Source: Chloroflexota bacterium | GTDB taxonomy: Bacteria; Chloroflexota; UBA6077 | Length of the DNA: 35,836 nucleotides | Direction: 5' to 3' | Assembly (NCBI GenBank): GCA_027372455.1 | Contig: DAHXJB010000282.1 | Coordinates: 1 to 35,836, forward strand | Part shown: positions 8,488-16,841 of the stretch, piece by piece | Position numbering within the stretch: position 1 is the first letter of the stretch | How the letters are laid out: every line of letters starts with the position of its first letter | Position numbers and translations under genes: made by a program | The notes under the pieces: model-generated | The model's database searches: none | The model's input: the letters and a program-made list of their open reading frames with translations, nothing else | What the model was told of the DNA's origin: nothing

Positions 8488-9870
8488 GTGCCCAACCCCC
8501 TGAGTGTGCCCATGGCCGTGGATAACGTCGACATCCAACATCCCATCGATCGTCTGCCACCTCAAAACCCCGAGGCGGAGGAAGCCGTCCTGGGTAGTCT
8601 CCTCATGGATCCCGAGGCGGTGGGCAAGATCTCCTCGTTCCTGAAGACGGAGGACTTCTACAGGGAGCGGAACGGCGTCATCTACTCGACCATGCTGGAG
8701 ATCTACAACCGCCACCAGCCGGTGGATTTCCTGACCGTCAGCGACGAACTGAAGAGGGCAGGCCGCTACGAGGAGGTGGGCGCTCTCGGCTATCTCTCCC
8801 ATCTAATCGGGGTCGTACCCACGGCGGTTCACGTGGAGCACTACGCCCGAATCGTCGAGCGCACCGCGGTCAAGCGCCGCCTGATCGCCGCCGCGGGAAA
8901 AATCGCCGCGGTCGCCTACGACGATACACTGGACCTGGACACCACCCTGGAGAAGGCCGAGCAGCTGCTCTTCAACGTCTCTCAGCGGCGGGTCACCAGG
9001 GATTTCGAGCCGCTGGGGGCGATACTGGGCGACTACCTGGAGGAGATGGAGTTGCGGGCGGCCGACGAGGAGGGCGGCCGCGGAATACCCAGCGGTTTTA
9101 TCGAGCTTGACAAGTACACGGGGGGCCTCCAGCGTTCGGATCTGGTGATAGTGGCGGCCCGTCCCAGCATGGGCAAGAGCACCTGGGCTTTGAACATCGT
9201 CCAGAACTCCGCCGTCCGGCACCACGCCACCTGCGCCGTCTTCAGCCTGGAGATGTCCAAGCAGCAGTTGGCCCACCGTCTCCTCTGCTCCGAGTCGGGC
9301 GTGGACGCCACCAAGCTGCGGCTGGGGATGATCAACGATTCCGAACAGCGCAAGCTTCACCACGCCTTCGAGCTACTTTCCGAGGCCCCCATCTACATCG
9401 ACGACACGCCCTCCATCAACCTGACGGAGCTTCGGTCCAAGGCGCGACGGCTCCATGCCGAGGTGGAGATCGATATGGTGGTGGTGGACTATCTGCAGCT
9501 GATCACCACCGGGCGTTCGGGGGACAACCGGGTGCAGGAGATATCCGAGATCTCCCGCTCGCTGAAGGCGCTGGCCCGGGAGCTGAACGCCCCGGTCATC
9601 GCCATCTCCCAGCTCTCTCGAGCCGTCGAGGCCCGCACACCCCACATCCCGATGCTCTCGGACCTGCGTGAATCCGGATCAATCGAACAGGATGCGGACA
9701 TCGTCCTCTTCATTTATCGCGAAGACATGTACAACAAGGACACGGACAAGAAGGGGATCGCCGACATCATCCTGGCCAAGCACCGAAACGGTCCCACCGG
9801 CCAGTTCTCCCTGCTGTTTCTGGACAAGTCTACCCGCTTCGTCGACCTGGAGGCGTACCGAAGTGAGTAA
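8488..9870 (+). CDS. dnaB: Replicative DNA helicase DnaB
   Basis: PPQNPEAEEAVLG, AARPSMGKS, FSLEMS, VDYLQL, SQLSR, SDLRESGSIEQDAD, KHRNGPTG; no intein. Confidence 0.98.
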   Translation: MPNPLSVPMAVDNVDIQHPIDRLPPQNPEAEEAVLGSLLMDPEAVGKISSFLKTEDFYRERNGVIYSTMLEIYNRHQPVDFLTVSDELKRAGRYEEVGALGYLSHLIGVVPTAVHVEHYARIVERTAVKRRLIAAAGKIAAVAYDDTLDLDTTLEKAEQLLFNVSQRRVTRDFEPLGAILGDYLEEMELRAADEEGGRGIPSGFIELDKYTGGLQRSDLVIVAARPSMGKSTWALNIVQNSAVRHHATCAVFSLEMSKQQLAHRLLCSESGVDATKLRLGMINDSEQRKLHHAFELLSEAPIYIDDTPSINLTELRSKARRLHAEVEIDMVVVDYLQLITTGRSGDNRVQEISEISRSLKALARELNAPVIAISQLSRAVEARTPHIPMLSDLRESGSIEQDADIVLFIYREDMYNKDTDKKGIADIILAKHRNGPTGQFSLLFLDKSTRFVDLEAYRSE

Positions 9871-10591
9871 GGGGAGTTTTCACGGTTTTCCGGATCGGAT
9901 GCGCTACACCCCGGTGCCGAACGTCTTTTTCAGCTCGCTGCTGGCGGAGATCGACGACCTGGCGGAGTTGAAGGTTACGCTCCATCTGTTCCGCGCGCTG
10001 TATGAGAAGCGGGGTCTGCCCCACCTGGTCTGGCTGAGTGAGCTGTCGTCCGACCGGGTCCTGCTGACGGCCCTACGGGAGGATGGAACATCCTCACGTC
10101 AGCAGCGGCTGTTGGGAGCCCTCGATCGAGCCTGCGCTAGGGGCACCCTGCTTGGAGTTGCACTCCAGCAAGAGGAAGCCGAGGACCGCTGCTACCTGTT
10201 GAACACCGCGCTGAACAGGGAGTTGTTGAAACGGGTGGAGCGTGGGGAGCTGACGCTGGGCCAGGGGGCAGCCAGGGTAGACTGGGCGATGCTGCCGGAG
10301 CAACGGCACACGATTTTCGATCTCTACGAGCAGAACATCGGCCTGCTCACACCGCTGATCGCCGAGGAGCTGCAGCAGGCGGAGGAGGCCTATCCCTCGG
10401 ATTGGATCGAGGACGCCTTCCGCGAGGCGGTGAGCTACAATCGGCGCAACTGGCGCTACGTGCGCCGCATTCTGGAGAACTGGGCCACCGACGGGAGAGG
10501 TGAGGATGGAAAGGGTAAGCGATATCCTAAAGGGTCTGGGTCCCCTTCGAAGTACCTCGGGGGAAAATACGCCCACCTCCTCAAGAGATAG
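9863..10591 (+). CDS. DnaD domain protein (replication initiation/helicase loading)
   Basis: N-terminal TPVPNVFF...ELKVTLHLF; C-terminal DnaD/DnaB_2-like IFDLYEQNIG..TP...WIEDAFREAV..N.RNWRYVRRILENW. GTG start at 9863 overlaps the end of dnaB, with GGAGG upstream. Confidence 0.88.
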   Translation: MSKGSFHGFPDRMRYTPVPNVFFSSLLAEIDDLAELKVTLHLFRALYEKRGLPHLVWLSELSSDRVLLTALREDGTSSRQQRLLGALDRACARGTLLGVALQQEEAEDRCYLLNTALNRELLKRVERGELTLGQGAARVDWAMLPEQRHTIFDLYEQNIGLLTPLIAEELQQAEEAYPSDWIEDAFREAVSYNRRNWRYVRRILENWATDGRGEDGKGKRYPKGSGSPSKYLGGKYAHLLKR

Positions 10592-11927
10592 CGACGGCCC
10601 CGAGGAGGAGCCCTTCTGCCCCCTCTGCAAGGGAGCGGGATTCCTCCGCCTCGACGTCCCTCCAGTCCATCCCGATTCCGGCAAGCTAGTGCCGTGTAGC
10701 TGCCGGTCGGGGGTAGTCAGCCGGGAGAGACGGGAGAGGCTGCAGCGGCTCAGCAACCTGGGACCGCTGATCCGTCTCACCTTCGAAAACCTGATCAAGG
10801 ATGGACGAAGCCCGGATCCACGAGGTCGGGAGCGTTTCAATCGGGCCTACAGCCTCTGCCGGGAGTACGCCTCGACACCCGAGGGGTGGTTGGTGCTGCT
10901 GGGTCCCAGCGGCTGCGGCAAGACCCACCTCGCCGCGGCAATCGCCAACGAGCGGCTCCAGGCGGGCGAGCAGCCGCTCTTCGTGGTGGTACCCGACCTG
11001 CTGGACCATCTGCGATCCTCCTTCAGCCCCAACAGCGAAACATCCTACGACGAGCTGTTCGAGAACGTGAAGGCTGCTCCCATTCTTATCCTGGACGACC
11101 TCGGCACCCAGAGCGCCACCCCGTGGGCCCAGGAGAAGCTGTTTCAGATCTTCAACCATCGTTTCAACGCCCAACTCCCCACCGTGATCACCTGCAACCG
11201 GCCGTTGGAGGAGGTGGAGGAGCGGCTGCGATCCCGGATGACGGACCCGACCCTGTGCAAGGTGTGCACGGTGGAGGAGCGTCAGTCGGCCGCGCAGGAG
11301 AGCCTGGGGGGGGAGCTACCGGAGCTGCTGAAGGGAATGACCTTCGACAACTTCGACCGCAAGGGGCAGGCGGTAGATGAACAAGCGCTGGATAGCCTGC
11401 ATGAAGCCCACAAGCTCGCGAGGGAGTTCGCCGAGGAACCCCATCTGTGGCTGGTGTTGCTCGGTCCCACCGGCTGTGGCAAGACCCATCTGGCAGCGGC
11501 CATCGCCAATCAGCTGCTTGGGCAGGGTAGGGCAGCATCCTTCGTGGTGGTTCCCGACCTGCTGGACCATCTCCGATCCGCCTACAGTCCCGACAGCAAG
11601 ATCCCCTACGACGAGCTGTTCGAGGCGATCCGCACCGCTCCACTGTTGATCCTGGACGACCTGGGTGCACACAGCAGCACGCCCTGGGCCGCGGAGAAGC
11701 TGTTCCAGCTGATCAACCACCGATACAATCACCGCCTGCCCACGGTTATCACCACCAACCTGACAATGGACGAACTGGATAGCCTGGACGAGCGGCTGGC
11801 GTCAAGATTGGCTGATCTGAAGGTCAGCACCCTCTGCCCCATTTCGGCCCCCAGCTACCGCGCGACTCCACAACCAAGAGGTGAGAGGCGAAAATCGCCC
11901 GGCAACAGGGGAACAGGGCGAAGATAG
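10506..11927 (+). CDS. DnaC/DnaI/IstB-like ATPase with two tandem AAA+ domains (putative helicase loader)
   Basis: CPLC...CSC zinc motif; GPSGCGKTHLAAAIAN and GPTGCGKTHLAAAIAN; LILDDLG twice. Confidence 0.88.
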   Translation: MERVSDILKGLGPLRSTSGENTPTSSRDSDGPEEEPFCPLCKGAGFLRLDVPPVHPDSGKLVPCSCRSGVVSRERRERLQRLSNLGPLIRLTFENLIKDGRSPDPRGRERFNRAYSLCREYASTPEGWLVLLGPSGCGKTHLAAAIANERLQAGEQPLFVVVPDLLDHLRSSFSPNSETSYDELFENVKAAPILILDDLGTQSATPWAQEKLFQIFNHRFNAQLPTVITCNRPLEEVEERLRSRMTDPTLCKVCTVEERQSAAQESLGGELPELLKGMTFDNFDRKGQAVDEQALDSLHEAHKLAREFAEEPHLWLVLLGPTGCGKTHLAAAIANQLLGQGRAASFVVVPDLLDHLRSAYSPDSKIPYDELFEAIRTAPLLILDDLGAHSSTPWAAEKLFQLINHRYNHRLPTVITTNLTMDELDSLDERLASRLADLKVSTLCPISAPSYRATPQPRGERRKSPGNRGTGRR

Positions 11928-11999
11928 CCGTGGCAGGTGAACTCGCCGTCCCGTCCCCCTGTTGACCCAGCAGGCGAAAAGCCGCTGATCCCGCCCGCA

Positions 12000-12689
12000 T
12001 CAATGCGATGCGGGCGGGATCACCAACGTCTGCCCGACCCGCAGTGAGCTCTTATTGGCCAGGTTGTTGGCCTTCACCAGATCGTCCACCGTGGTCCCGA
12101 ATGTTTTGGCCAGCGAGTAGAGGTTGTCCCCCTCCTTGACCGTATATACCTTTGCGGCCGCGGATCCGGGAGCAGCTCCCGAAGTGGTCGTTGGCCTTGC
12201 GGTAGCGGAGGCCGAGGGGGTGGTTGCCGGTCGGGGCGTGGAGTTGGTGGGCGCGGCAGGAGCCCGGGATGGGTAAACCGGTAGCCGCGCGGCCGGCGTC
12301 GAAGTTTCCACGGGGCCGGCCGTGGGAGCGATCTTTCCGGCCTCGGAGGTGGAGGGCAGCAGCAGCGACCATGGCCTGACAACTAACAGGATCAGTCCCA
12401 CCGCCAGGATCAGCACCACCAGGCTCAGCCGTCCAGCCAACTTCGTGGGGAGGTAGAGTCTCTGGCCTCGATCCGGATGGCCGTCCGCGGATGCGAACCA
12501 GGCGCATTCACAAAAGGAGGGGGAAAGACAGTAGTCGCGCTGCTGCTGCTCGTCCACCGGCTTGGGCGTGGGCCAGCGGAAGCAACGGTGGGAGGAGGTG
12601 AGAAAGGAACAGCTGATCGATGGATCGCTGGCAAGCCCCAGGTATGGACACCCTCGCGGGGAGTCGCTTTCGCTCTCTCTGTCGACCAC
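12000..12689 (-). CDS. Membrane-anchored LysM domain protein with N-terminal Cys-rich domain
   Basis: CPYLG..C..HRC..C..CEC, one hydrophobic helix, Pro/Thr/Ala linker, then LysM YTVKEGDNLYSLAKTFGTTVDDLVKANNL..LRVGQTLVIP. Confidence 0.9.
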   Translation of the reverse strand: MVDRESESDSPRGCPYLGLASDPSISCSFLTSSHRCFRWPTPKPVDEQQQRDYCLSPSFCECAWFASADGHPDRGQRLYLPTKLAGRLSLVVLILAVGLILLVVRPWSLLLPSTSEAGKIAPTAGPVETSTPAARLPVYPSRAPAAPTNSTPRPATTPSASATARPTTTSGAAPGSAAAKVYTVKEGDNLYSLAKTFGTTVDDLVKANNLANKSSLRVGQTLVIPPASH

Positions 12690-12938
12690 GAGTCAGGGCA
12701 CTCCGCTCGAAAAGGTGAAACAGCGGTATCCGCGGGCCGATGGCCTAGTCCTTCAGTTGTACATCCCTGGCCGTCATTGCTGAGCACTCCAAGTTGGAAG
12801 GTGACGGAGGCGCAATGCGGTACGTCGATTGGCCGCATTATACTCCTGCTCACCCGGTGAAGGACCATTCTTTCCTGGGGGAATGGGCACAATACCTGCG
12901 CAGGGCAACGACAGACTCTGAGGGGCGGCATATTCCCG

Positions 12939-12967
12939 TTGAACGACCGGAGAACGAGTGTTAGAAT
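12939..12967 (+). promoter_or_regulatory. Sigma70 promoter for the HNH gene with an overlapping imperfect LexA-like box
   Basis: TTGAAC-N17-TAGAAT; AGAAC-GAGT-GTTAG at 12951-12964. Confidence 0.5.
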
Positions 12968-13014
12968 TGTTTATGGCAGTGGAGTTAGTTCACTGTTGGG
13001 GGGTAGGACTCACC

Positions 13015-13527
13015 ATGGAGTCTGTCTTAGTCTTGAATCAGAACTACGAGCCGCTCAACATCTGCAACACGAGGCGTGCCCTAGTCCTTGTGGACGGTGG
13101 AAAAGCCGAGGTGCTGGAGCATGGTGCGGGGGGTATCCAGACCCCCTCCCGCACCTTTGCGAAGCCTTCCGTCATCCGTCTGGTCTATCTGATCAAGCGC
13201 CCCCGGCCCAGGGTGAAGCTATCCAGGAGAGAGATCTTCCATCGCGACCATCACACCTGTCAGTACTGCGGCATCAAAGGCAAGGATCTGACCATAGACC
13301 ATGTGGTGCCACGCCACAAGGGTGGCAGGCACAGCTGGGAAAACCTGGTCAGCGCCTGCCGGAGCTGCAACCATCGCAAAGGCGGCAAGACGCTGGAAGA
13401 AAGCAGAATGAAGCTGCTTCGACTCCCCTTCGAGCCGAGGAACAACAGCTACTACATCCTGTACCAGCACCTGCAGAGCTACGACGGATGGTCCAAGTTC
13501 GTCCCCGAATGGGAAAGGATGGACTGA
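13015..13527 (+). CDS. HNH endonuclease (McrA-like, stand-alone)
   Basis: VLVLNQNYEPL, PSVIRL, RDHHTCQYCG, LTIDHVVPRHKGG..SWENLVSACRSCNHRKG. Confidence 0.93.
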   Translation: MESVLVLNQNYEPLNICNTRRALVLVDGGKAEVLEHGAGGIQTPSRTFAKPSVIRLVYLIKRPRPRVKLSRREIFHRDHHTCQYCGIKGKDLTIDHVVPRHKGGRHSWENLVSACRSCNHRKGGKTLEESRMKLLRLPFEPRNNSYYILYQHLQSYDGWSKFVPEWERMD

Positions 13528-13569
13528 ATGACCCGCTCGAAAGTGCCGCATGGTTGCCGGATGCGCTAC

Positions 13570-14232
13570 TCAGGTGGTGCCCAGCAGCGCATTGCGCAGG
13601 TCGGTCTCCCGCTCTGGCCTGCAGAGCGCAATCACCTCATCCCCCTCCAGAAGGACCAACGAGCCTGAAGGGATAAGGAACGATCCCCCTCGGATGACAA
13701 CCGCGATCGAGGACTCGAGCGGAAGTGCCAAATCTCCGATGCTCTTCCCCGCGGCTCTCGCCCCGGGATTAAGCACGGCCTCTACGATCTCCACCCCCAT
13801 CCGTTGTATCGCCAGCAGATGAAGTAGCGCCCTCCGCGGCATCTCGTGTTCGATCATAGTCATCAAGATGTTCGTGGCACTGACGGTCACGTCAATACCC
13901 AGAAGACGGAAAATGCTCTCGTTCTTGGGATTGTTCACCCTGGCGATGGTCCTCGGCACCCCGAAGTGGTTCTTTGCCAACTGGCACGAGACGAGATTGT
14001 CCTCATCGTCTCCCGTCACCGCCACCAACACGTCGCTACGCGCGACCCCAGCCTCCTGCAGGGTGGAAACCTCGCAACCATCCCCCTTCAGGGCGACGTT
14101 TCCGAGGTACTCGACGATCTCATCGACCCTCTCCGCGTTTCTCTCGATCAACAACGCCTCGTGGCCCTGCTCCAGCAACTCTTTAGTGAGGTAGTATCCA
14201 ACCTTTCCGCCACCGACAACGACGATATACAT
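13570..14232 (-). CDS. trkA: TrkA/KtrA family K+ uptake regulatory subunit (RCK_N + RCK_C)
   Basis: VVGGGKVG, GDG, AVTGDDEDNL, IARVNNP; C-terminal TrkA-C-like domain. Confidence 0.93.
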   Translation of the reverse strand: MYIVVVGGGKVGYYLTKELLEQGHEALLIERNAERVDEIVEYLGNVALKGDGCEVSTLQEAGVARSDVLVAVTGDDEDNLVSCQLAKNHFGVPRTIARVNNPKNESIFRLLGIDVTVSATNILMTMIEHEMPRRALLHLLAIQRMGVEIVEAVLNPGARAAGKSIGDLALPLESSIAVVIRGGSFLIPSGSLVLLEGDEVIALCRPERETDLRNALLGTT

Positions 14233-14637
14233 CTACTTCTTCCCCAAGATCATCTCGTGAAGCAATCGGGCGCCAACCAGCGTCGGGCAATAGGTCTTCA
14301 GACCCAGCTTCTCGTAGATCTCGGCGCGCCCCGGATCGTAGGTACGAGCGATCACAATGGGCACGTTGAAGACCTTCTGAGCGATCTGCGCAGACATGAT
14401 GTTACGGTTGTCGCCTTCGGTAGTGGCAACGAAGACATCCGCATGTTCCACGCCGCCACGTCTTAACACATCCTCGTCGATGCCGGTGCCCAGCACCGTC
14501 TTTCCACCGAACTCCGGACGAAGGCGCCGAAAAGAGGCGCTGTTGCGGTCGATCACAGTCACCTGATGGCCTTCGGAGTCAAGCTCATTGGCCAGGCGAC
14601 TTCCAACTCGCCCGCACCCCATGACGATTACCTTCAT
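14233..14637 (-). CDS. trkA: TrkA family protein, RCK_N domain only
   Basis: VMGCGRVG, GTGID, TEGDNRNIM, ARTYDP; 134 aa; abuts the next gene. Confidence 0.9.
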   Translation of the reverse strand: MKVIVMGCGRVGSRLANELDSEGHQVTVIDRNSASFRRLRPEFGGKTVLGTGIDEDVLRRGGVEHADVFVATTEGDNRNIMSAQIAQKVFNVPIVIARTYDPGRAEIYEKLGLKTYCPTLVGARLLHEMILGKK

Positions 14638-14684
14638 TCCTCCCCCTCTCCTTCCCGGCCCCGGACCGGGCGCTCAACAGCAAG

Positions 14685-15113
14685 CTAATGAATGGGTTCC
14701 CTACACACACACACCCTGCAGGTCGCGTTCTTGAGAACGTACAGCACGGTGCTGCCCATGTAGAACTGGTCGTACTGCTTGCGGTACCTCAAACCCAAGA
14801 CGATCAGATCGACTCCCCGACGCTCGGCCTCTTCCACTATTGCCGTTCCGGCGTCCCGCGCCTGCAGGACCTCCGTCTCGATGTCCTGCTTGGATCGGCG
14901 AGCCACCTCCTCAGCTTTCTGGAGGATGCTCTCCCCCTTCTCCACCTCCGCCGGCAAGTCGATCTCCAAAGGTAGCGTCCGCTTCACTTCGATAACGTAC
15001 ACCGAGTACAACCTGGCGTGACTGCGCCTGGCCAAATCCGCCGCGTAAGCCACCATCTCCTCATCGAGAGCGTTACCGGCTACCGGGACCAGGATCCTAC
15101 CCGGATTCAACAC
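14685..15113 (-). CDS. Universal stress protein (Usp)
   Basis: RILVPV, AIVEEA...DLIVLG, MGSTVLYVLKNATCRV. Confidence 0.9.
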   Translation of the reverse strand: MLNPGRILVPVAGNALDEEMVAYAADLARRSHARLYSVYVIEVKRTLPLEIDLPAEVEKGESILQKAEEVARRSKQDIETEVLQARDAGTAIVEEAERRGVDLIVLGLRYRKQYDQFYMGSTVLYVLKNATCRVCVCREPIH

Positions 15114-15193
15114 CTTCCCACCTCACGATCAACCGCGGCAACCCATGTACGGGTCCACCGTGTGCTTCAGGTGATCGCCGCGCAGAATGCGAA

Positions 15194-15223
15194 ATTCTAT
15201 CCGCCAGCGTGCCACCTTGTCAA
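15194..15223 (-). promoter_or_regulatory. Sigma70 promoter for usp-trkA-trkA
   Basis: Minus strand TTGACA-N18-TAGAAT. Confidence 0.65.
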
Positions 15224-15345
15224 AGACGGATCATCTGCACACTTCTTGTCATCCAGCCGGGAAAGAGGTTAGTTCACGACTTCACCGTCACGGATGCTCC
15301 GGTCCGCATGTACCGGGAAAGCAGGGAGAGATCAGGATGCCCACT

Positions 15346-16551
15346 CTAACCGTTGAGGCTATCTGGCCAGCCGGCAAGGGTCACCGTCACATCCTGGTTC
15401 GCGCCGTTCCTGAGAATAGTGAGCTTCACGGTGTCGCCCGACTTCTTGGTGTCGAGGTAGGAGGAGATGTCTCCCAGCTTGTTCACCTTCCGACCGTCCA
15501 CAGCGAGGATCACGTCTCCCCCGGTCGGGAGCTCGCCGCCGGATGTGGACTCCGAACCCAGGCTGCCGCCCTTCAGTCCCGCGTTTGCCGCGGGACTATT
15601 GGGCACCACCTGCACCACATAGACGCCACCGGCAGGAACACCCAGCTGCTGGGCGACACTGTCTGTCACCGCCACACCCGATATGCCCAACCACGGGTGC
15701 GAGATCGGCTTGCCCGCCTCCAAATCGGCGAGCTCGGCCTGGGCGGTATTAATGGGTACCGCGAAGCCGATACCCACAAAGCCACCCGTCGGGCTCTCGA
15801 TCGCGGTGGTGACACCGATCACCTCGCCACTTGAGTTGAGCAGGGCTCCGCCAGAGTTGCCGGGGTTGATGGCAGCGTCGGTCTGGATCATGTTGCGGAT
15901 CGGCCGGCCGTTGCTGCTTTCCGAGTAGGCGCGCCCCACCGCGCTGATCACCCCCACGGTGACGGTTCGATCCAGGTCAAAAGGGTTGCCTATGGCGATA
16001 GCCATCTGCCCCGGTTTGAGCTTGCTGGAGTCACCCAGGGTGGCGACGGTCAGCTTCGACTTGTCCACGTCTATCTTCACGATGGCTAGATCATTGGCAG
16101 GGTCGTGTCCCACCAGTTTTCCTGGAACGGTGCTACCATCGAAGAGCGTGACCTGCAGGCTCGTGGCACCGTCCACGACGTGGTTGTTGGTGAGGATGTG
16201 ACCCTGGTCATCGATGATGATGCCCGAGCCCGTGCCCACCGAGGGGCCCGGCTGAGGCAGCGGGATGTTCGGAAAGCCGGGGATGTGAGGCGACGAATGC
16301 TGGCTAGGAGGAGTCTGCCCCTGGCTGGTGATGGTGACTATCGCGGGACTAACCTTCTCGACGATTGCCTCCACGTTGTTCTCATCGAATAGGCTTGCCC
16401 CGGTCGGGCTGGAGGAACTGCTCGACGCCGCGCTGGCTACAGCCGGCACCCCGGCTGCACTTGGCCGCACCTCCATATATCCGATTATCAAGGCAGCTCC
16501 GACCACCATGGCCAACAATACCACGACGAAGTTCTTCAATAGCGAAGTCAC
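15346..16551 (-). CDS. htrA: HtrA/DegP-family serine protease with one PDZ domain
   Basis: N-terminal TM helix; GSGII, LTNNHVV, DLAIVK, QTDAAINPGNSGG; PDZ WLGI...GDVILAVDG. Confidence 0.95.
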   Translation of the reverse strand: MTSLLKNFVVVLLAMVVGAALIIGYMEVRPSAAGVPAVASAASSSSSSPTGASLFDENNVEAIVEKVSPAIVTITSQGQTPPSQHSSPHIPGFPNIPLPQPGPSVGTGSGIIIDDQGHILTNNHVVDGATSLQVTLFDGSTVPGKLVGHDPANDLAIVKIDVDKSKLTVATLGDSSKLKPGQMAIAIGNPFDLDRTVTVGVISAVGRAYSESSNGRPIRNMIQTDAAINPGNSGGALLNSSGEVIGVTTAIESPTGGFVGIGFAVPINTAQAELADLEAGKPISHPWLGISGVAVTDSVAQQLGVPAGGVYVVQVVPNSPAANAGLKGGSLGSESTSGGELPTGGDVILAVDGRKVNKLGDISSYLDTKKSGDTVKLTILRNGANQDVTVTLAGWPDSLNG

Positions 16552-16841
16552 AGCCGTTACCTCCGCGCTAAATCCAGCTTCACGATTCGGAGCACCCTAC
16601 CGGTCCTCTTCGTGACCCCATACTATCACCAACAGTGCAGGCACAAGCACGGAATACTTCGCCACAGTGCCGCTCTTAAGCATACACCACCTCAAGCTGG
16701 TTGGCCCACTGAACAAATCTGCTCGCATCGTGATACAGTAGCTGCCAGACCCGACGGGGAGCGCAGCGATCGTGCAGCTGGATAACCTTTCAGTCCTGTT
16801 CAGCGCGCCGTCGGAATGGCTGCGAGAGGAAGACCTTCAGA

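Noticed and set aside
6292..8530. oriC next to dnaN
   Set aside because: No dnaA, AT-rich unwinding region or DnaA-box cluster; only isolated imperfect matches (about 6391-6399, and 8517-8525 inside dnaB).
8488..9870. Intein in DnaB
   Set aside because: Length (460 aa) and motif spacing are normal.
10506..11927. IS21 IstB helper or prophage replication gene
   Set aside because: No IstA, IS21 ends, integrase or phage structural genes; it is coupled to rplI-dnaB.
13015..13527. IscB/Cas9-like or restriction-system HNH
   Set aside because: Only 170 aa, with no RuvC motifs, methyltransferase, array or recognisable guide RNA nearby.
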